Positions 1 through 11,751 of a DNA stretch of 64,000 nt are shown here, piece after piece. The notes under the pieces were generated by a model. It was given only the letters and a program-made list of their open reading frames with translations. It had not been told where the DNA came from and searched no databases. Origin of the DNA: Acidobacteriota bacterium (GTDB lineage Bacteria > Acidobacteriota > UBA890 > WLXD01); NCBI GenBank assembly GCA_965205505.1, contig CBDBHB010000007.1, positions 512,001 to 576,000 on the forward strand. The letters run 5' to 3'. Made by a program: the position numbers and the translations under genes. Positions within the stretch are counted from its first letter, which is position 1. Each line of letters starts with the position of its first letter.

Positions 1-659
1 CGCTTGCCTCGGACCACTCGTCGAAGCTGGCCACCGACACATCGCTGATCATGTGAGACCAGTTCGCGGGAATGAAGCAGTAATCGATGTGGAAAGGCTG
101 GTCCAGCTTCCACTGGGTGGTAGTAGGTGGGGCGGGTTTCCTCGCCGTGGCCCTCGCCGTGAAAGACGTGATAGGCGCTGACGAGCCCTAGCTCTTCCAT
201 CCGACGAACAACTTCAGCGTGATTCAGCCTCGAGTTCGGTAGGTCGAAAGCGCTGCTCGTGTTGAAATCTCCAGCAATCACGGTCGGTGTCTGACGGATC
301 ATCCCTTCAAAGTGTTCCAGCACCGCGTACATCACCTCAACGTAGGTCGGCTTTGGCAAGGTCCAAACACCAATGAGGTTGAACCGCTCTGGGCCGTCTA
401 CTCGGGCCGCAATCGTGTGCCCCGGCCCATCATCGAGTCGGGTTAGCTCCCATCCCTGACGCGAGACGATGCCGAGGCCATGGTTGGGTTTGTCACCGGT
501 CCATAAGACGCGGCCGTCGAGCACCGAGTCCTGAGGTGAAGCGCACTCCGGCAGGACCGCGACATCCGGCTGCAGCGGAGCAAGTTGTTCCCAGGAATCC
601 TCGATGGCGCCGCGAAAGACGTTCCAAGAGCAGATGCGAATTGTTTGGGTTGCCATCAT
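1..659 (-). CDS. Endonuclease/exonuclease/phosphatase (EEP) family protein, runs off the window edge, one frameshift near 115-117
   Basis: Manual translation of the minus strand gives MMATQTIRICSWNV...PDVAVLPEC...VIAGDFN. Removing one base of the GGG run continues as HQWKLDQPFHIDYCF. SWNV, GDFN and IDY are EEP motifs. Not in the ORF track. Confidence 0.8.
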   Translation of the reverse strand, partial: MMATQTIRICSWNVFRGAIEDSWEQLAPLQPDVAVLPECASPQDSVLDGRVLWTGDKPNHGLGIVSRQGWELTRLDDGPGHTIAARVDGPERFNLIGVWTLPKPTYVEVMYAVLEHFEGMIRQTPTVIAGDFNTSSAFDLPNSRLNHAEVVRRMEELGLVSAYHVFHGEGHGEETRPTYYHPVEAGPAFPHRLLLHSRELVSHDQRCVGGQLRRVVRGK

Positions 660-982
660 CAGCGGGAGAGAGACTCCGGATGCCGGGTGTACGGCACGCC
701 AGCGCTCACAATGGTCGCAGGAGGCCGGACGGAGCGTAGTGTTTCCTCATCTGATGGTGGGCTCAAGGGGAGCAGGCGACCGGTGGAAGCAGATTGAAGC
801 CTGGTGAGCGGAGGCCGGACTTTGTCGCTGAGCCTGGCCGCGTCATTTCGAGCTCAGCTCGCCTGGCCAGCCCCTACGGGCGCGGGGTCTTGTCGGCCTT
901 CTTCCAGAAGTCCTTCTTTGGCGCGGTCCGCATCCTCGAGCTCGGGGCGGCAGGCCCCGAGCCCGAGCACGAAAGGACGAAC

Positions 983-1681
983 ATGCCGCGGCGCAAGAAG
1001 CCAGAACCGAAGCCCGCTTCACTCTGGGAGCTACCCCAGTTGCTGGCGGTTTACGCCCTGTGCGGCGGATCTGAGCGCCGGCGCTACGTTGCCTACGTCG
1101 GCATTGCGAGAAAACTGAGGCGGCGTATCGGACAGCACCTGATTACAAGAGACAGCGGCGTGGCCGTTGGTACCTCGGCAGTAGGAATCAACGCCGCCGA
1201 CTACGTTACCGAGGTCTGCTGGTGGCAAAGCGGCAGCTTCCGAGGCAAGTACGCACTAGAAGCTGCCGAGATGGTCGCTACGGAGATCTTGCAGCCCGCC
1301 ATCAAAGCACGGTGCGTCAGGCCGAGCCGACACTTCGACGAGCGGCGAGGCCGAGAAGAAATCCATCTGTACTGGCAATGCCTCGATGATGGATCGGCGC
1401 AGCGCGTCGTGTTCCGGCAGAAGCTCAACCATCCCGAGTACATCGGCCTGAATAGCTACTTCTACAAGTGGTTCGCGGTGCTGCTTGGAGTCCCGGAAGC
1501 GGGCGAAGGGATGCCGTTCGTTGATTTCGAAGGGGTCAACGCGAAGATCTCGTTGCGAGCCTCGGGCCGTGGACCGGCAGCCTACACAGTCGTGCCTTCA
1601 CCCCAACCCACTGACCCACCAACCCATACCCAGCTCACTACGAGTCTGACGCGCGTAGACGGGACTGGGGTGGCTGATTGA
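983..1681 (+). CDS. GIY-YIG-like nuclease domain protein with an unrecognised C-terminal half
   Basis: ATG at 983 follows AAGGA. AVYAL...YVAYVGIARKLRRRIGQHL and a later ALEAAE match the GIY-YIG pattern. Confidence 0.55.
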   Translation: MPRRKKPEPKPASLWELPQLLAVYALCGGSERRRYVAYVGIARKLRRRIGQHLITRDSGVAVGTSAVGINAADYVTEVCWWQSGSFRGKYALEAAEMVATEILQPAIKARCVRPSRHFDERRGREEIHLYWQCLDDGSAQRVVFRQKLNHPEYIGLNSYFYKWFAVLLGVPEAGEGMPFVDFEGVNAKISLRASGRGPAAYTVVPSPQPTDPPTHTQLTTSLTRVDGTGVAD

Positions 1682-1890
1682 CCTTGACACGCAAGGTGCT
1701 GCCCATCCTCCTGACCGCGGACGAGACGGCCGAAGTCCTCCGCACCTCCCGGGAGGCCATCTACGCTATGGCCGCCCGCGGCCAGCTGCCTGGCGTCGTT
1801 CGGATCGGCCGCCGCATGCTCATCCGGTCCGAAGACCTGCTACGCTCGCTCGATGAAAGCCGTGCGCCATCAGCGCGAAAGGAGCGTTGA
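1678..1890 (+). CDS. xis: Excisionase-like HTH DNA-binding protein
   Basis: 70 aa; [39 protein letters not shown] is typical of HTH_17/Xis. Overlaps the integrase start. Confidence 0.85.
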   Translation: MTLTRKVLPILLTADETAEVLRTSREAIYAMAARGQLPGVVRIGRRMLIRSEDLLRSLDESRAPSARKER

Positions 1891-3011
1891 TGAGCGTAAC
1901 GATCAGACCCTATCGACGTGGCGGCTGGGAGGTCGACATCCGCATTCGGATGCACGACGGAACTGAGATACGGAGGCGATGGAAATCTCCCGTCACCTCG
2001 AAATCCGGTGCCCGGCGCTGGGGGCAGGCGCGTGAGCGGCAGCTACTGGCCAAGGGACCACCGAGACCATCAAAGGAGGTGCCGACACTGGCGCAGTTCG
2101 CTCCCCGGTACATGGATGGCCACGTTCGAGCCAACCGGCTCAAGCCGAGTACTCAGGCCTTTCAGGAGTCGATCCTGCGAGTCCACCTGATTCCGACGCT
2201 TGGGCAGCGCAGGCTCGACGCCATCGGCAACGAAGACGTGCAGCGGCTCAAGCAACGCCTCAGCACCAGGGCCGTCAAGACGGTCAACAACGTGCTGTCG
2301 GTGCTGAGTCAGCTGCTGAAATGCGCTGTGGAGTGGGACGTTATCGACACGATGCCATGCAGGATCAGGCTGCTTACCGTCACACCGACGGAGGCGGCCT
2401 TCCACGACTTCGAGGAGTTCGAGCGACTCGTCGAGGCGTCGGGATATGACTCTCGCGCGCGGGCGATCGTGCTGCTGGGCGGAGAAGCCGGGCTACGGTG
2501 CGGGGAGATGATGGCGCTGGAGTGGAACGACGTCGACTTCAGCGGGGGGCGACTGCAAGTCGTCCGATCCGATTGGAAGGGCCACGTCACCACACCCAAG
2601 AGCGGTCGACCCCGCACCGTACCGATGACGGCCAGGTTGCAGGAGGCGTTGCGGAAGCTGCGCCACCTGCGCGGGCCTCGTGTTGTCTGCGAGCCTGATG
2701 GCAGCCCGCTGACACAGAAAGTCGTGCAGAACCTGGTGCGCGGGGCGGCGCGGCGCGCCAACCTCGCCAACGAGGGTGTGCATGTGCTGCGGCACACGTT
2801 CTGCTCGCATCTGTCGATGCGGGGGGCGCCGGTGAGGGCCATCCAGGAACTCGCCGGGCACTCCAACCTGTCCACCACACAGCGCTACATGCACCTGTCT
2901 CCGGCAGCCCTGAAAGAGGCAATCGGGTTGCTCGAGGAGCCCCAAAAGGCTCCCCGTTTTGGAGACATCCTGGAGACGGCCGTGGAGGTGGCCGCTAACT
3001 CTAATAAATAA
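1887..3011 (+). CDS. int: Phage-type tyrosine recombinase/integrase
   Basis: Catalytic motifs [31 protein letters not shown]. Confidence 0.95.
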   Translation: MMSVTIRPYRRGGWEVDIRIRMHDGTEIRRRWKSPVTSKSGARRWGQARERQLLAKGPPRPSKEVPTLAQFAPRYMDGHVRANRLKPSTQAFQESILRVHLIPTLGQRRLDAIGNEDVQRLKQRLSTRAVKTVNNVLSVLSQLLKCAVEWDVIDTMPCRIRLLTVTPTEAAFHDFEEFERLVEASGYDSRARAIVLLGGEAGLRCGEMMALEWNDVDFSGGRLQVVRSDWKGHVTTPKSGRPRTVPMTARLQEALRKLRHLRGPRVVCEPDGSPLTQKVVQNLVRGAARRANLANEGVHVLRHTFCSHLSMRGAPVRAIQELAGHSNLSTTQRYMHLSPAALKEAIGLLEEPQKAPRFGDILETAVEVAANSNK

Positions 3012-3023
3012 AGCAACTTGTAA

Positions 3024-3090
<67 letters not shown>

Positions 3091-3339
3091 GGGCCGGGTG
3101 CGAATACCTCCGGATGCTCGCGGAGAAAGAGCGCAATCGCCAGCCGTTCGGAACACAGATCACAAGACAGCGCGTGGGAAGTCGACAACAGCAGGGGCTC
3201 GTCAGTACCTTACGGACCGAGCATACGAACTCTGGCGACTGCTCCTGGCCGGGTAGGCATCTCCACTAAGCTCGTGCGTGGGGTGCTCTCCACTCCGCAC
3301 GGTTTTCGGAAGAGAGCCAGTCTCGGAGCTCCGCTGCTG

Positions 3340-3560
3340 CTCGGTCCAGCAGTGGAACACCAGCTCCATCTCGCGGATCTGGAACCGGTTGCGCTGGTAA
3401 AAGTTCAGCGCCCTTGGGTTGCGTCCGGCACCCCCACCACCGCGTTGGGGCGGCCGGCCTGCTGGTGGTGGTGCAGCGCCGCCTTCACCAGGGCGGAGCC
3501 GGTGCCGCTGTCGCGCACGCCTACCATCTCCAGCGCGCCGGAGGTGACGCCTGCTGAAAT
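3340..3560 (-). pseudogene. GNAT acetyltransferase C-terminal remnant
   Basis: Two frames give GTGSALVKAALHH and TQGR/NPRALNFYQRNRF, resembling GNAT motifs A and B. Confidence 0.4.
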
Positions 3561-3844
3561 CGCTACTCCAGTAGCTTGGCGAAGAAGGTGTCGAAGTCGA
3601 AAGCTACGCCGATGATGCCTCGGATGTCGGACTCGTCAATAAGCTCGACCCGGGTGGCGTAGGTAATCGAGAGGGGTACCTTCAGCCCCGTGCCCGTGAG
3701 TAGGCGGCTTCGCCGTCGATTCGTACCTCGGCCTCGCCGCATCCGCAAACGCCACACGTCGGTCAGACTCACCCGCTCTCGTTGTCGGGCCGCGGCACGC
3801 CTTGCTGCACGGTCGGACGCCCAACCGCACGCCGCTACCAAGAT

Positions 3845-5039
3845 CTATGTCATCACATCGTCGCGATGGCCCAGCTTGCCCGCTGCCACCATGGCGCTCA
3901 AGACATCGAGAATCACGCGGCAGGCCAATTGCGATGTGTTGTCGTTGACATCGTAGGGCGGGGACACCTCGACTACTTCCATTCCGCACAGACCCTCGCC
4001 GGCGATGGCCTTGATCATCTGGAACGCCTCTCTCGGCATGAAGCCACCCGGTTCCGGCGTTCCCGTGCCGGGCGCGAACGCCGGATCCAAGGAATCATTG
4101 TCGAACGACAGGTACACCGCCTTTGCCCCCTTCCAGGCCAGCTCGAGTGCCACCTCAGCTGTCTTCGCCGGGCCCATTGTCTCGAAATCATGCATGGTCA
4201 GTACGCTAGTGCCGCGCTCACGGGCAACTTTGCTGCCGGGACGAGATCCGTACCAGCCGCCGATTCCGATTTGCACGAGGTTCTTTGGCGGGCAATTCGA
4301 CAGTCCGACGTCGTGCATATGGCTATGATCATGGTGCGCACCGGAACCATGGGTGTGTTCGCTCACCTCCGGGTGGTTGTTCGAGGTCCAAAACCACGGC
4401 GTTGTATGCATGCGCTCGTCCATATCCATTTCCTGCATATCGATGTGTTCGGTCGAAATGGATGATGCCGACGTTGCCGTCGATGTGCGGAGCAATGCCG
4501 CGAACGTGCGGGTAGCCCAATGAATGATCGCCGCCACACATGATGGGAAACGCCCCGGACGTGTAGACGTGCGATACGGCTTTCGACACCTGATCGAACG
4601 TTTTTTCGATGTTGCCCGGTATCACGAACACATCGCCAGCATCACAGATGTCGAGCTCTTCGGTGAGATCCACGCCGGCATCCACCGAATAGCCGTCATA
4701 CAGCGCTGAGATCCTGCGCACAGCTTGGGGCCCGAAGCGAGTGCCGGATCGATACGTCGTGCCCGTATCGAACGGAACGCCGAGGAACGCGGCCTCGTAC
4801 TTGCCGACCTCGTTGATATCCTCGCAATATGGCGCCCTCATGAAGGTATTGATTCCCGCGAAAGCCGGCTGCGAACCGCGCGCGAAAAGCGAGATCGACC
4901 GGTCGTTGATTGAATCCGCCGCCTCCAATCCGAGCTTCAACTGCCTTTGAACTTCCTCGTCCTGCTTGGTTTGAGAAATCCTCTTCAGCTTGTCGAGATT
5001 CTCATTCCCTTCGAATGTGGGTGGTTTCGCGTCGCTCAT
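3845..5039 (-). CDS. Ureohydrolase (agmatinase family), guanidine hydrolase GdmH-like, frameshift at ~4448
   Basis: FAGINTF, GTTYRSGTRFGP, GGDHS, HFDRHID (after removing one base), DERMHT, SFDNDSLDP, EVVEVSPPYD. Joins ORFs 4329..5429 and 3845..4537. Confidence 0.85.
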
Positions 5040-5116
5040 GCTCAGTACTCCCTCATTGCGGACACAGTTCAGTAAAGACGCTCGCTCTGTCCAGGAAGCC
5101 CGCAGTTCCACACATG

Positions 5117-5841
5117 TCAGTGTCGTCCCACGAACGTGATCACCACCGGGCTGTAGATCAGGTGAACCGCAATACTCATGGAGAAAATGCCGATACACGT
5201 CTGCAGGGCACGGCTCACGCGCGTCATGGTGTTTGCCGAATACGCAATCGGAAGTGCGATCGCACATGATAGGCACGCCATCCCGATGATCGAGCCCACG
5301 CCGAACGTAAGGCCGTAGGCGACCGCGACCAGCACGCCGTCGAGCCGGGCTGCCGCAAAAACGATCAGGGCCGCCGATCCCGCCAATCCATGCATCGCAC
5401 CGATGAACAGCATCTTGAGCGAGTTGCACCTCGAATGCTCATGGTCGTGGTCATGGCTCTTAGCAGGGTGCTGCCCCGCCCGGCGATGGGCGTGCGCATG
5501 GAGGTGACGTAAACCTCCGGCATGTACATGAACTTGAAAATGGACGCGGTCACGGTACAGCCGAAAGATCACCCCGGCACCCAGTATGAAGAGCATCACC
5601 CCGACCAGGAATTCGAGGACGGAGGTGAGCGACGGATCAACCTCGGCACCCACGACCTGTGTTCCGATGATGACGCACAGCAGCGTCGTGGCATGGCCGA
5701 CTCCCCACATCACGCCATGCCGAATGATACTCATCGAGGAACGCTGCCCCGACACGGCGCTGGCGACGGCGGCCACGTGATCGGCTTCGAGGGAATGCTG
5801 CAGCCCGATGAACAAGCCGAGAGCAAAACAGGAAGCATCAT
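5117..5841 (-). CDS. Nickel/cobalt permease (NiCoT/UreH-like), probable indel near 5820
   Basis: GLQHSLEADH signature, WGVGHA, His-rich loop, HGLAGSAAL, multiple TM helices. An ATG at 5841 is out of frame by one base. Confidence 0.8.
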
Positions 5842-6226
5842 GGCTGTTCCCGCCCTTCTATTTGCGCCGTTGATCCGGAGGGTATCCCGCCCGTCGCCCC
5901 GGCCCTCGTTGATCGCTGATGACGATCACGTTGCAATCCGGATGGCGCGCCACCGTAGTCGAGGAACGCAACTTGGCTTCAGGAAACGAGGCCTGAGCGT
6001 ATTCGGCCGCGTGGATTCTCGCCAGCAATCGATCGCCCGTGAAGATTTCGCACCACCGGCGTGGGGCTCACAAATGCAGAGGGGCGCCGGGAGGATGGCC
6101 GGTATTATGATGACGACGCCTCGTTGTTGGACGCTCTCAGGAATCCGATGCTCGCTTCTGTCTTTCCGACGGGCCGATGGAGCCTCGCAAGCGGCCGGGA
6201 ATCATTGCCAACCCTGGAGGGGAGTC

Positions 6227-7481
6227 ATGTCGCGGCATGATCGGCGCACCTTCCTCAGGCTGACCGGAGCTGGTGCGCTGGCGTTGGGTAGCACCAAGGG
6301 ATTGCAGGCCGCGGCCACCCCGGCACACACGTCCGGACGGGCGACCGCATCGACGGTGGACGTGGCGGTCATCGGGGCGGGAGCGTTCGGCGGTTGGACA
6401 GCCCTTTATCTGCGAGAGATGGGGCACCGGGTCACCCTCATCGACGCCTACGGCGCAGGCAACGCACGGGCCTCCTCCGGCGGGGAGACTCGGCAGATCC
6501 GTACCCAATATGGCGAACGCGAGATCTACACCCGATGGGTCGTGCAGGCGTTCGACCGTTGGGAAGCGCGCCAGAGGGAGTGGGGTGGACGGCCGCTGTT
6601 TTACCGTACGGGCCAGCTGACGTTGGCGCGTCAATGGTCCGAGTACCTGCGGGCCTCCAAGGAGGTGCTCGATCGACACGGGATCGACAACGAAGTCGTG
6701 CCTCACGACGAGCTGTCTCGGCGCTATCCTCAGTTCAACCACCAGGAGTTCGAATTCGGGTTTTCTGTGCCCAGCACCTGGTGTCCTCATGGCACGGCGT
6801 GCCTGTTTCGCCGTTGCAGGCGCCTTCGAGCGCGCCGGCGGTACGCTGGTCACGGCTAGGGCGCAGCCCGGGCGGCGCGCCGGAGGCAAGCTACTGGAGC
6901 TCGAGCTGTCGACCGGCGCGCCGGTGTCGGCAGACACGTTCGTCTTCGCCTGCGGACCATGGCTGCCGAAGGTGTTTCCCTCCGTGATGAAGAACAAGCT
7001 CCAGACTCCGCGCGCCAGCATCTTTTGGTACGGCGTGCCGGCCGACGACAACCGGTTCATCTACCCCAACTGTCCGACGTGGGACATGCAGGGCGCCTAC
7101 GGCTTTCCTAGCATCGAGGGCCGCGGCTGGAAGGTGCGACCCTATTTGGACAGCATCTCGTTCGATCCGGACACCGGCGAACGGATCGTGACCGCCGAGG
7201 AGATCGAGAAGGCGCGCCAGTTCGTGGCGCACGCCTTCCCTGCTCTCGCGGACCAGCCGGTGCTCGAGTCGCGGGTGTGCCAGTTGGAGAACAGCGTGGA
7301 TGATCACTTCATCGTCGACCGCCACCCGGAGATGGACAACGTCTGGATCGTCGGCGGCGGCTCCGGCCACGGCTACAAACACGGCATCATGATGAGCGAC
7401 TACGTGGCACATCGTGTCGTGGGGGACGATCGCAGCCCGGAGTTGGCCGACACGTTCAAGCTCAAGACGGACACCTTCTGA
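6227..7481 (+). CDS. Tat-exported FAD-dependent oxidoreductase (sarcosine oxidase/DAO family), frameshift at ~6779
   Basis: DRRTFL Tat motif, VIGAGAFG, ASSGGETR, GGGSGHGYK. Joins two ORFs. Confidence 0.85.
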
Positions 7482-7617
7482 ACTCTGAAAGCGACGGATC
7501 TGCCTGTATCCAGCGGGATTCCCGAGCTACCGTTGATCCAATTCACCAGGTCGGGCCTTCGCCCAGGTACGGCTGGCGCCGGACGGCTCGACGGCGTTGA
7601 CTCGAGGGAGTCGAAGG

Positions 7618-9156
7618 ATGCGGAAAGCGACGTCATGTGGGTTGGCCACGGTGGCAATGGCCGCCCTGTCCGCGCTGATCGGGTGTGGCTTGCAACCTCA
7701 GGAGCCTCCTCCGCCAGCGCCCTCGTCTGCACCTGAGAACGGCTTGTTGAGATGGCCGCTGCCGCCAGGAGCCGAGGCTTATGCGGACATCGACGGCAGG
7801 CGGCAGCACGAGTACGTGGTAGAGCAAGCGGCCATCTCACGCCGCTATCGCGACCAGGGCCATCCGCGGTTCTGGGGCCGGATCACCGGCACCTCCGGCG
7901 ACGCCGAGAGTGCAGAGTGGTTGGTCGCCAAGTTCCGGGGAATCGGCCTGTCGGATGTGCGCGCTCAACCGCTCGACCTGGAGCCACAATGGATGCCACG
8001 CTCGTGGGCGGTCACGGTCACGGCCGGCGGCAAGACGACGGAGCTCGAATCGGCTCAGCCAGCCTACCGCGCCAACCCGACTCCTCCGGGGGGCCTGGAT
8101 CTCGAAGCCGTGTACGTGGGCCTGGGCAGCGAGGCAGACTTCGCCGGCCGCGATGTCCGCGGCAAGGCCGTCTTTACCTTCAGGATGCCGTTATCGAGCT
8201 CGGAAGCAGCGTTGCAACGGGCGGATTCTCGGGGCGCGGCGGCCGTCTTCAACGTCCCTATGCTGCCCGGGAACCTGCGCTACCAAGCTTACCCCTCGGG
8301 GACCGATGCGCCCGCGTTCAGCCTCGGAAGCGACGACGGCTATGCGGTCCGGGAGCTGATTGCACAGGCCTCGACCGGTGAGCCACCGGGCGTCACGGTC
8401 AACCTCGATGTGGAGCTGACTGCGGGCCTCGAGACCGCGCTCGTCTGGGGGACGCTGCCGGGGCGGACCGACGAGACCATCTACATCATGGCGCACCGCG
8501 ATGGCTGGTTCGATGCTGCCGGCGATAATGCCTCCGGGGTCGCCTCGATGATCGGCCTGGCGGAGCACTATGCCGAGATTCCACCAGCCGAGCGGCGGCG
8601 CACGCTGGTGTTTGTCGGTCTGGATGGGCATCACAACAGCGGCCCCGGCCAAGGCGTGGGCAGAAGGTGGATGGTCGATCACAGAGACGAGCTCTTTGCC
8701 AAGGCCGCGTTGGTGATCAACCTCGAACATCCGTCGACGCTACAGACGACCGTCCGCCCGCGGTACCACGGCACGGTGCAGACCGCCGACGGCCTCAGCT
8801 TTCGGGACGGCGACGATATCGTCTGGGCCAACACCTACATGCCGCAGCAATGGTACGCGGGCGGGCCGACGCGCCCCCAGCTTCAGGCGATCGCCATCCA
8901 GGCGTTTCGCGAGTTCGGAGTCAGCACCTATCTCGAACCGAACCCGGTGCCACCGGCCGGTGATCTGGGTCGCTTCTGGCAGTTCGTCCCCGGACTGGCG
9001 ACCAGCGAGTTCTACCACTACTTCCACTCCGACCTGGAGACCCCGGAGACCGTGCCATGGACCGGGCTCGAGGCCTCGACACGCGCTCATGCACGGATCA
9101 TCGACGAGGTGAACAAGCTCGAGCTCAGCGACCTACAGCGACCGTCAGAACCCTAG
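7618..9156 (+). CDS. M28 family metallopeptidase lipoprotein with PA domain
   Basis: Lipobox LIGC, MAHRD, AGDNASG, NLEH, YFHSDLE. Confidence 0.8.
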   Translation: MRKATSCGLATVAMAALSALIGCGLQPQEPPPPAPSSAPENGLLRWPLPPGAEAYADIDGRRQHEYVVEQAAISRRYRDQGHPRFWGRITGTSGDAESAEWLVAKFRGIGLSDVRAQPLDLEPQWMPRSWAVTVTAGGKTTELESAQPAYRANPTPPGGLDLEAVYVGLGSEADFAGRDVRGKAVFTFRMPLSSSEAALQRADSRGAAAVFNVPMLPGNLRYQAYPSGTDAPAFSLGSDDGYAVRELIAQASTGEPPGVTVNLDVELTAGLETALVWGTLPGRTDETIYIMAHRDGWFDAAGDNASGVASMIGLAEHYAEIPPAERRRTLVFVGLDGHHNSGPGQGVGRRWMVDHRDELFAKAALVINLEHPSTLQTTVRPRYHGTVQTADGLSFRDGDDIVWANTYMPQQWYAGGPTRPQLQAIAIQAFREFGVSTYLEPNPVPPAGDLGRFWQFVPGLATSEFYHYFHSDLETPETVPWTGLEASTRAHARIIDEVNKLELSDLQRPSEP

Positions 9157-9227
9157 TGCTGCGCCCCACCAATAGTGGTACGCCTGCAGAGTGTAGGATC
9201 GATCTCCGTTGAAACAGGGAGCCTGAA

Positions 9228-10032
9228 GATGCCGACTACTTGCTTCAAGAAAAGGAACACTTGTCATGCTCGGCGCCGAAACCGGACCCACACGGCCGCG
9301 CGACTCCTCGGCCGTGCGATGGTTGCCGCCCTGATCGCCGGGATACCGGCGATCGGTCTCGCCGCACAGCAGGTGGGCGTGTTCTACCCCGACATCCCCG
9401 GTGAGCTGTTGCTCGACAACGAGTACGTCGTCGTGCAGAGGTTCATCATCGAGCCGGGGCAGTGGGAGGGGATTCACTCCCATCCGGGCAACCAGATCGC
9501 GGTGCGCGTCAAAGGCGGCCTCTGGGCCGGACGCCGCGGTGGCCGCGAGGTGTACAGGATGACCGAGCCTTTGGAGGATGGCTCGGTCGGATGGCAGGAG
9601 GCCATCGATATCTCCGAACAACACGACTCGGGCAACGTCGGAGATACGCCAATCGATCTCATCTGGATCACCCTGAAGTCCTGTGAGCCGGGGTCGAACC
9701 ACGACGTCGGTCAGTTCTATCCGAACGTTCCGGCCGAGGTGCTCCTCGAGAACGAGCGCGTCGTCGTACAGCGGTTCGTCACCCAGCCTGGCCAGTGGCA
9801 GGGAGTCCATTCCCACCCTGGCAACCAGGTCTTCGTCCACACAAGGGGCGGCGAATGGACCATCAGCAGGGGTGCGCGCGAGACCGTTTCGGATGCCGAG
9901 ACCGGCTCGGCCGGCTGGTGGGAACGCGTCGATATGAGCGAACAGCACGATACCGGCAACAGCGGCGATACTCCCATCGAGCACATCTTGGTCAACCTCA
10001 AGCCGTGCGGATCGCTCGATAGCGGCGACTAG
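9228..10032 (+). CDS. Exported tandem (bi-)cupin protein; start uncertain
   Basis: Two internal repeats LLxNExVVVQRF..PGQWxGxHSHPGNQ...SEQHDxGNxGDTPI. Confidence 0.75.
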
Positions 10033-10103
10033 TGCTCCTGATCATAAGTACGGTGACGTTTGCAGGAGCGGATCCCGATTCCTGCTGCCGCTGGCGGAGA
10101 GCT

Positions 10104-10652
10104 TCACGCGCTCCCCCGCAATCGGAGCTCGAATAGCTGCTCCGCGCCGTCCTCGGTACGAGGATGGCGGAGAAATCCGTTGTTCTCCAGCACCCGCCGA
10201 GACGGATCGTTGTCGCGGTCAACACCCCCAACGATCGACGCGACGTCCGCCTTGCGGCACCACTCGACAAATCCTCGAACCAGCTCACTGGCCAGACCGC
10301 GCCCCCACGCCGACTCCGCAAGCACGTAGCCGAGCCGAATCTCGGTGCCGCGCGCTAGTCCGTGGTCTATCTCAAACAGAATGATCAATCCGACGGGCAA
10401 TCGCGACGATCGCTCCACCGCAAGTAGCGTCGTGCCTTCACGGTCGCGTTCCCTGATCCACTCTTGTGCGCGCTCTACCGTATAAGCTCCTTGCCACGCT
10501 TCCGGTAGCGATCGCGTGACCCGTGGGGTGAGCACGGACGTCAAGATGTTTGCAAGCTCCTGTGGCGCCCACGCCTCGGCAGGCAGCGAGTGCCACTCGC
10601 TGACGACCAGCCGAGGCGTTGCGAAACTGCAGGTCTTGCAGACCAACCTCAA
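10104..10652 (-). CDS. GNAT N-acetyltransferase (RimJ/RimL type)
   Basis: LGYVLAESAWGRGLASE, NDPSRRVLENNGF. Confidence 0.85.
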   Translation of the reverse strand: MRLVCKTCSFATPRLVVSEWHSLPAEAWAPQELANILTSVLTPRVTRSLPEAWQGAYTVERAQEWIRERDREGTTLLAVERSSRLPVGLIILFEIDHGLARGTEIRLGYVLAESAWGRGLASELVRGFVEWCRKADVASIVGGVDRDNDPSRRVLENNGFLRHPRTEDGAEQLFELRLRGSA

Positions 10653-10787
10653 TCATCTCCCTGCAGACGGTGTCTCCATGACGCGGGGATTCTCTGCCCC
10701 TGTAAACCACTCGCGTCTGCCGACTACAATCCTACCGGCCCTTTTTTCGACAATTGCCGATCTCTAGCTGCTGGTGATTCCTCGACC

Positions 10788-11675
10788 ATGCTCACGACTC
10801 GAAAGTACGGGTCGGTCTCGAGACTCTGGATCTGCTGCACCCTCGCGGTGGCGGGAGTTGCCCTCTTCGGCGAGCAAGTGGCCTCTGAGCAACAGTCCAG
10901 GAAGCTGCTCTTCCTGACGCACGCCGGGTACTACAAGCACAGCAGCCTTGGGCCTGCCGAAACCGCGGTTACCTCCTGGGGGCCGGAGGCCGGCTTCGAG
11001 GTCACTGTGCTCCAGGGATACTTGCAGGACGCCGAAAGCCTGGATCTCTCGATCATCGACGCGGAATACCTGGCCCGCTTCGACGGGGTCATGATGATGA
11101 CCAACGGAAACCTGCCTCTCACCGACTCGCAGAGAAGTGCGCTGGTAGATTTCGTGAGCAATGGTGGCGGGTTCATCGGAGTCCACTGCGCCGCCCTGAC
11201 CCTGTACGACTACCCCGAGTTTGGGAAGATGCTCGGCGGCTATTTCCGCCGCACCGTCGGCCAGAACCGGGTTGTCGTCCGCGAGGTCGAGGACTCAGAC
11301 CATCCCGCAACAAGAATGCTGGGCGACAGTTGGCCAATCGTCGACGAGTTCTACCAGTACGGCACCGCGGCGTGGACGGCGGACCGGCCGGAGGAGAACG
11401 TGGACGTGCTCTTCGACAACCGAATCCCACTCGGGTTGTCACGGGAGCGGGTGCATGTATTGCTCAGCATCGACACGGAGCAAACCGACCTCGAAGGGCT
11501 CGACGATATGGAGCCGGGCGGCGACTATCCCCAAGCCTGGTATCAGGACTTTGGTGAGGGACGATCGTTCTACACATCGCTTGGCCACCGCGACGATCTT
11601 TGGAGCAGCGACCCCGTCTTTCGAGCTCACCTGGTGGGAGGTATCCGGTGGGCGCTTGGCTTGGAGCCGGGCTAA
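10788..11675 (+). CDS. Exported ThuA-domain protein
   Basis: Signal peptide, THAGYYKHSS, GGGFIGVHCA, DEFY, GRSFYTSLGH. Confidence 0.85.
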   Translation: MLTTRKYGSVSRLWICCTLAVAGVALFGEQVASEQQSRKLLFLTHAGYYKHSSLGPAETAVTSWGPEAGFEVTVLQGYLQDAESLDLSIIDAEYLARFDGVMMMTNGNLPLTDSQRSALVDFVSNGGGFIGVHCAALTLYDYPEFGKMLGGYFRRTVGQNRVVVREVEDSDHPATRMLGDSWPIVDEFYQYGTAAWTADRPEENVDVLFDNRIPLGLSRERVHVLLSIDTEQTDLEGLDDMEPGGDYPQAWYQDFGEGRSFYTSLGHRDDLWSSDPVFRAHLVGGIRWALGLEPG

Positions 11676-11751
11676 TCACGGCTCGGATGGTTGGCAAGGT
11701 GCAGCCCGGGCACCGTAGACAGCCACCCGCCTTGCCCACTTCGTGGATCCG

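Noticed and set aside
5842-6200. Guanidine riboswitch upstream of the Ni permease/ureohydrolase
   Set aside because: No convincing guanidine-I consensus or paired ACGR hairpins were found by eye. An Infernal scan would be decisive.
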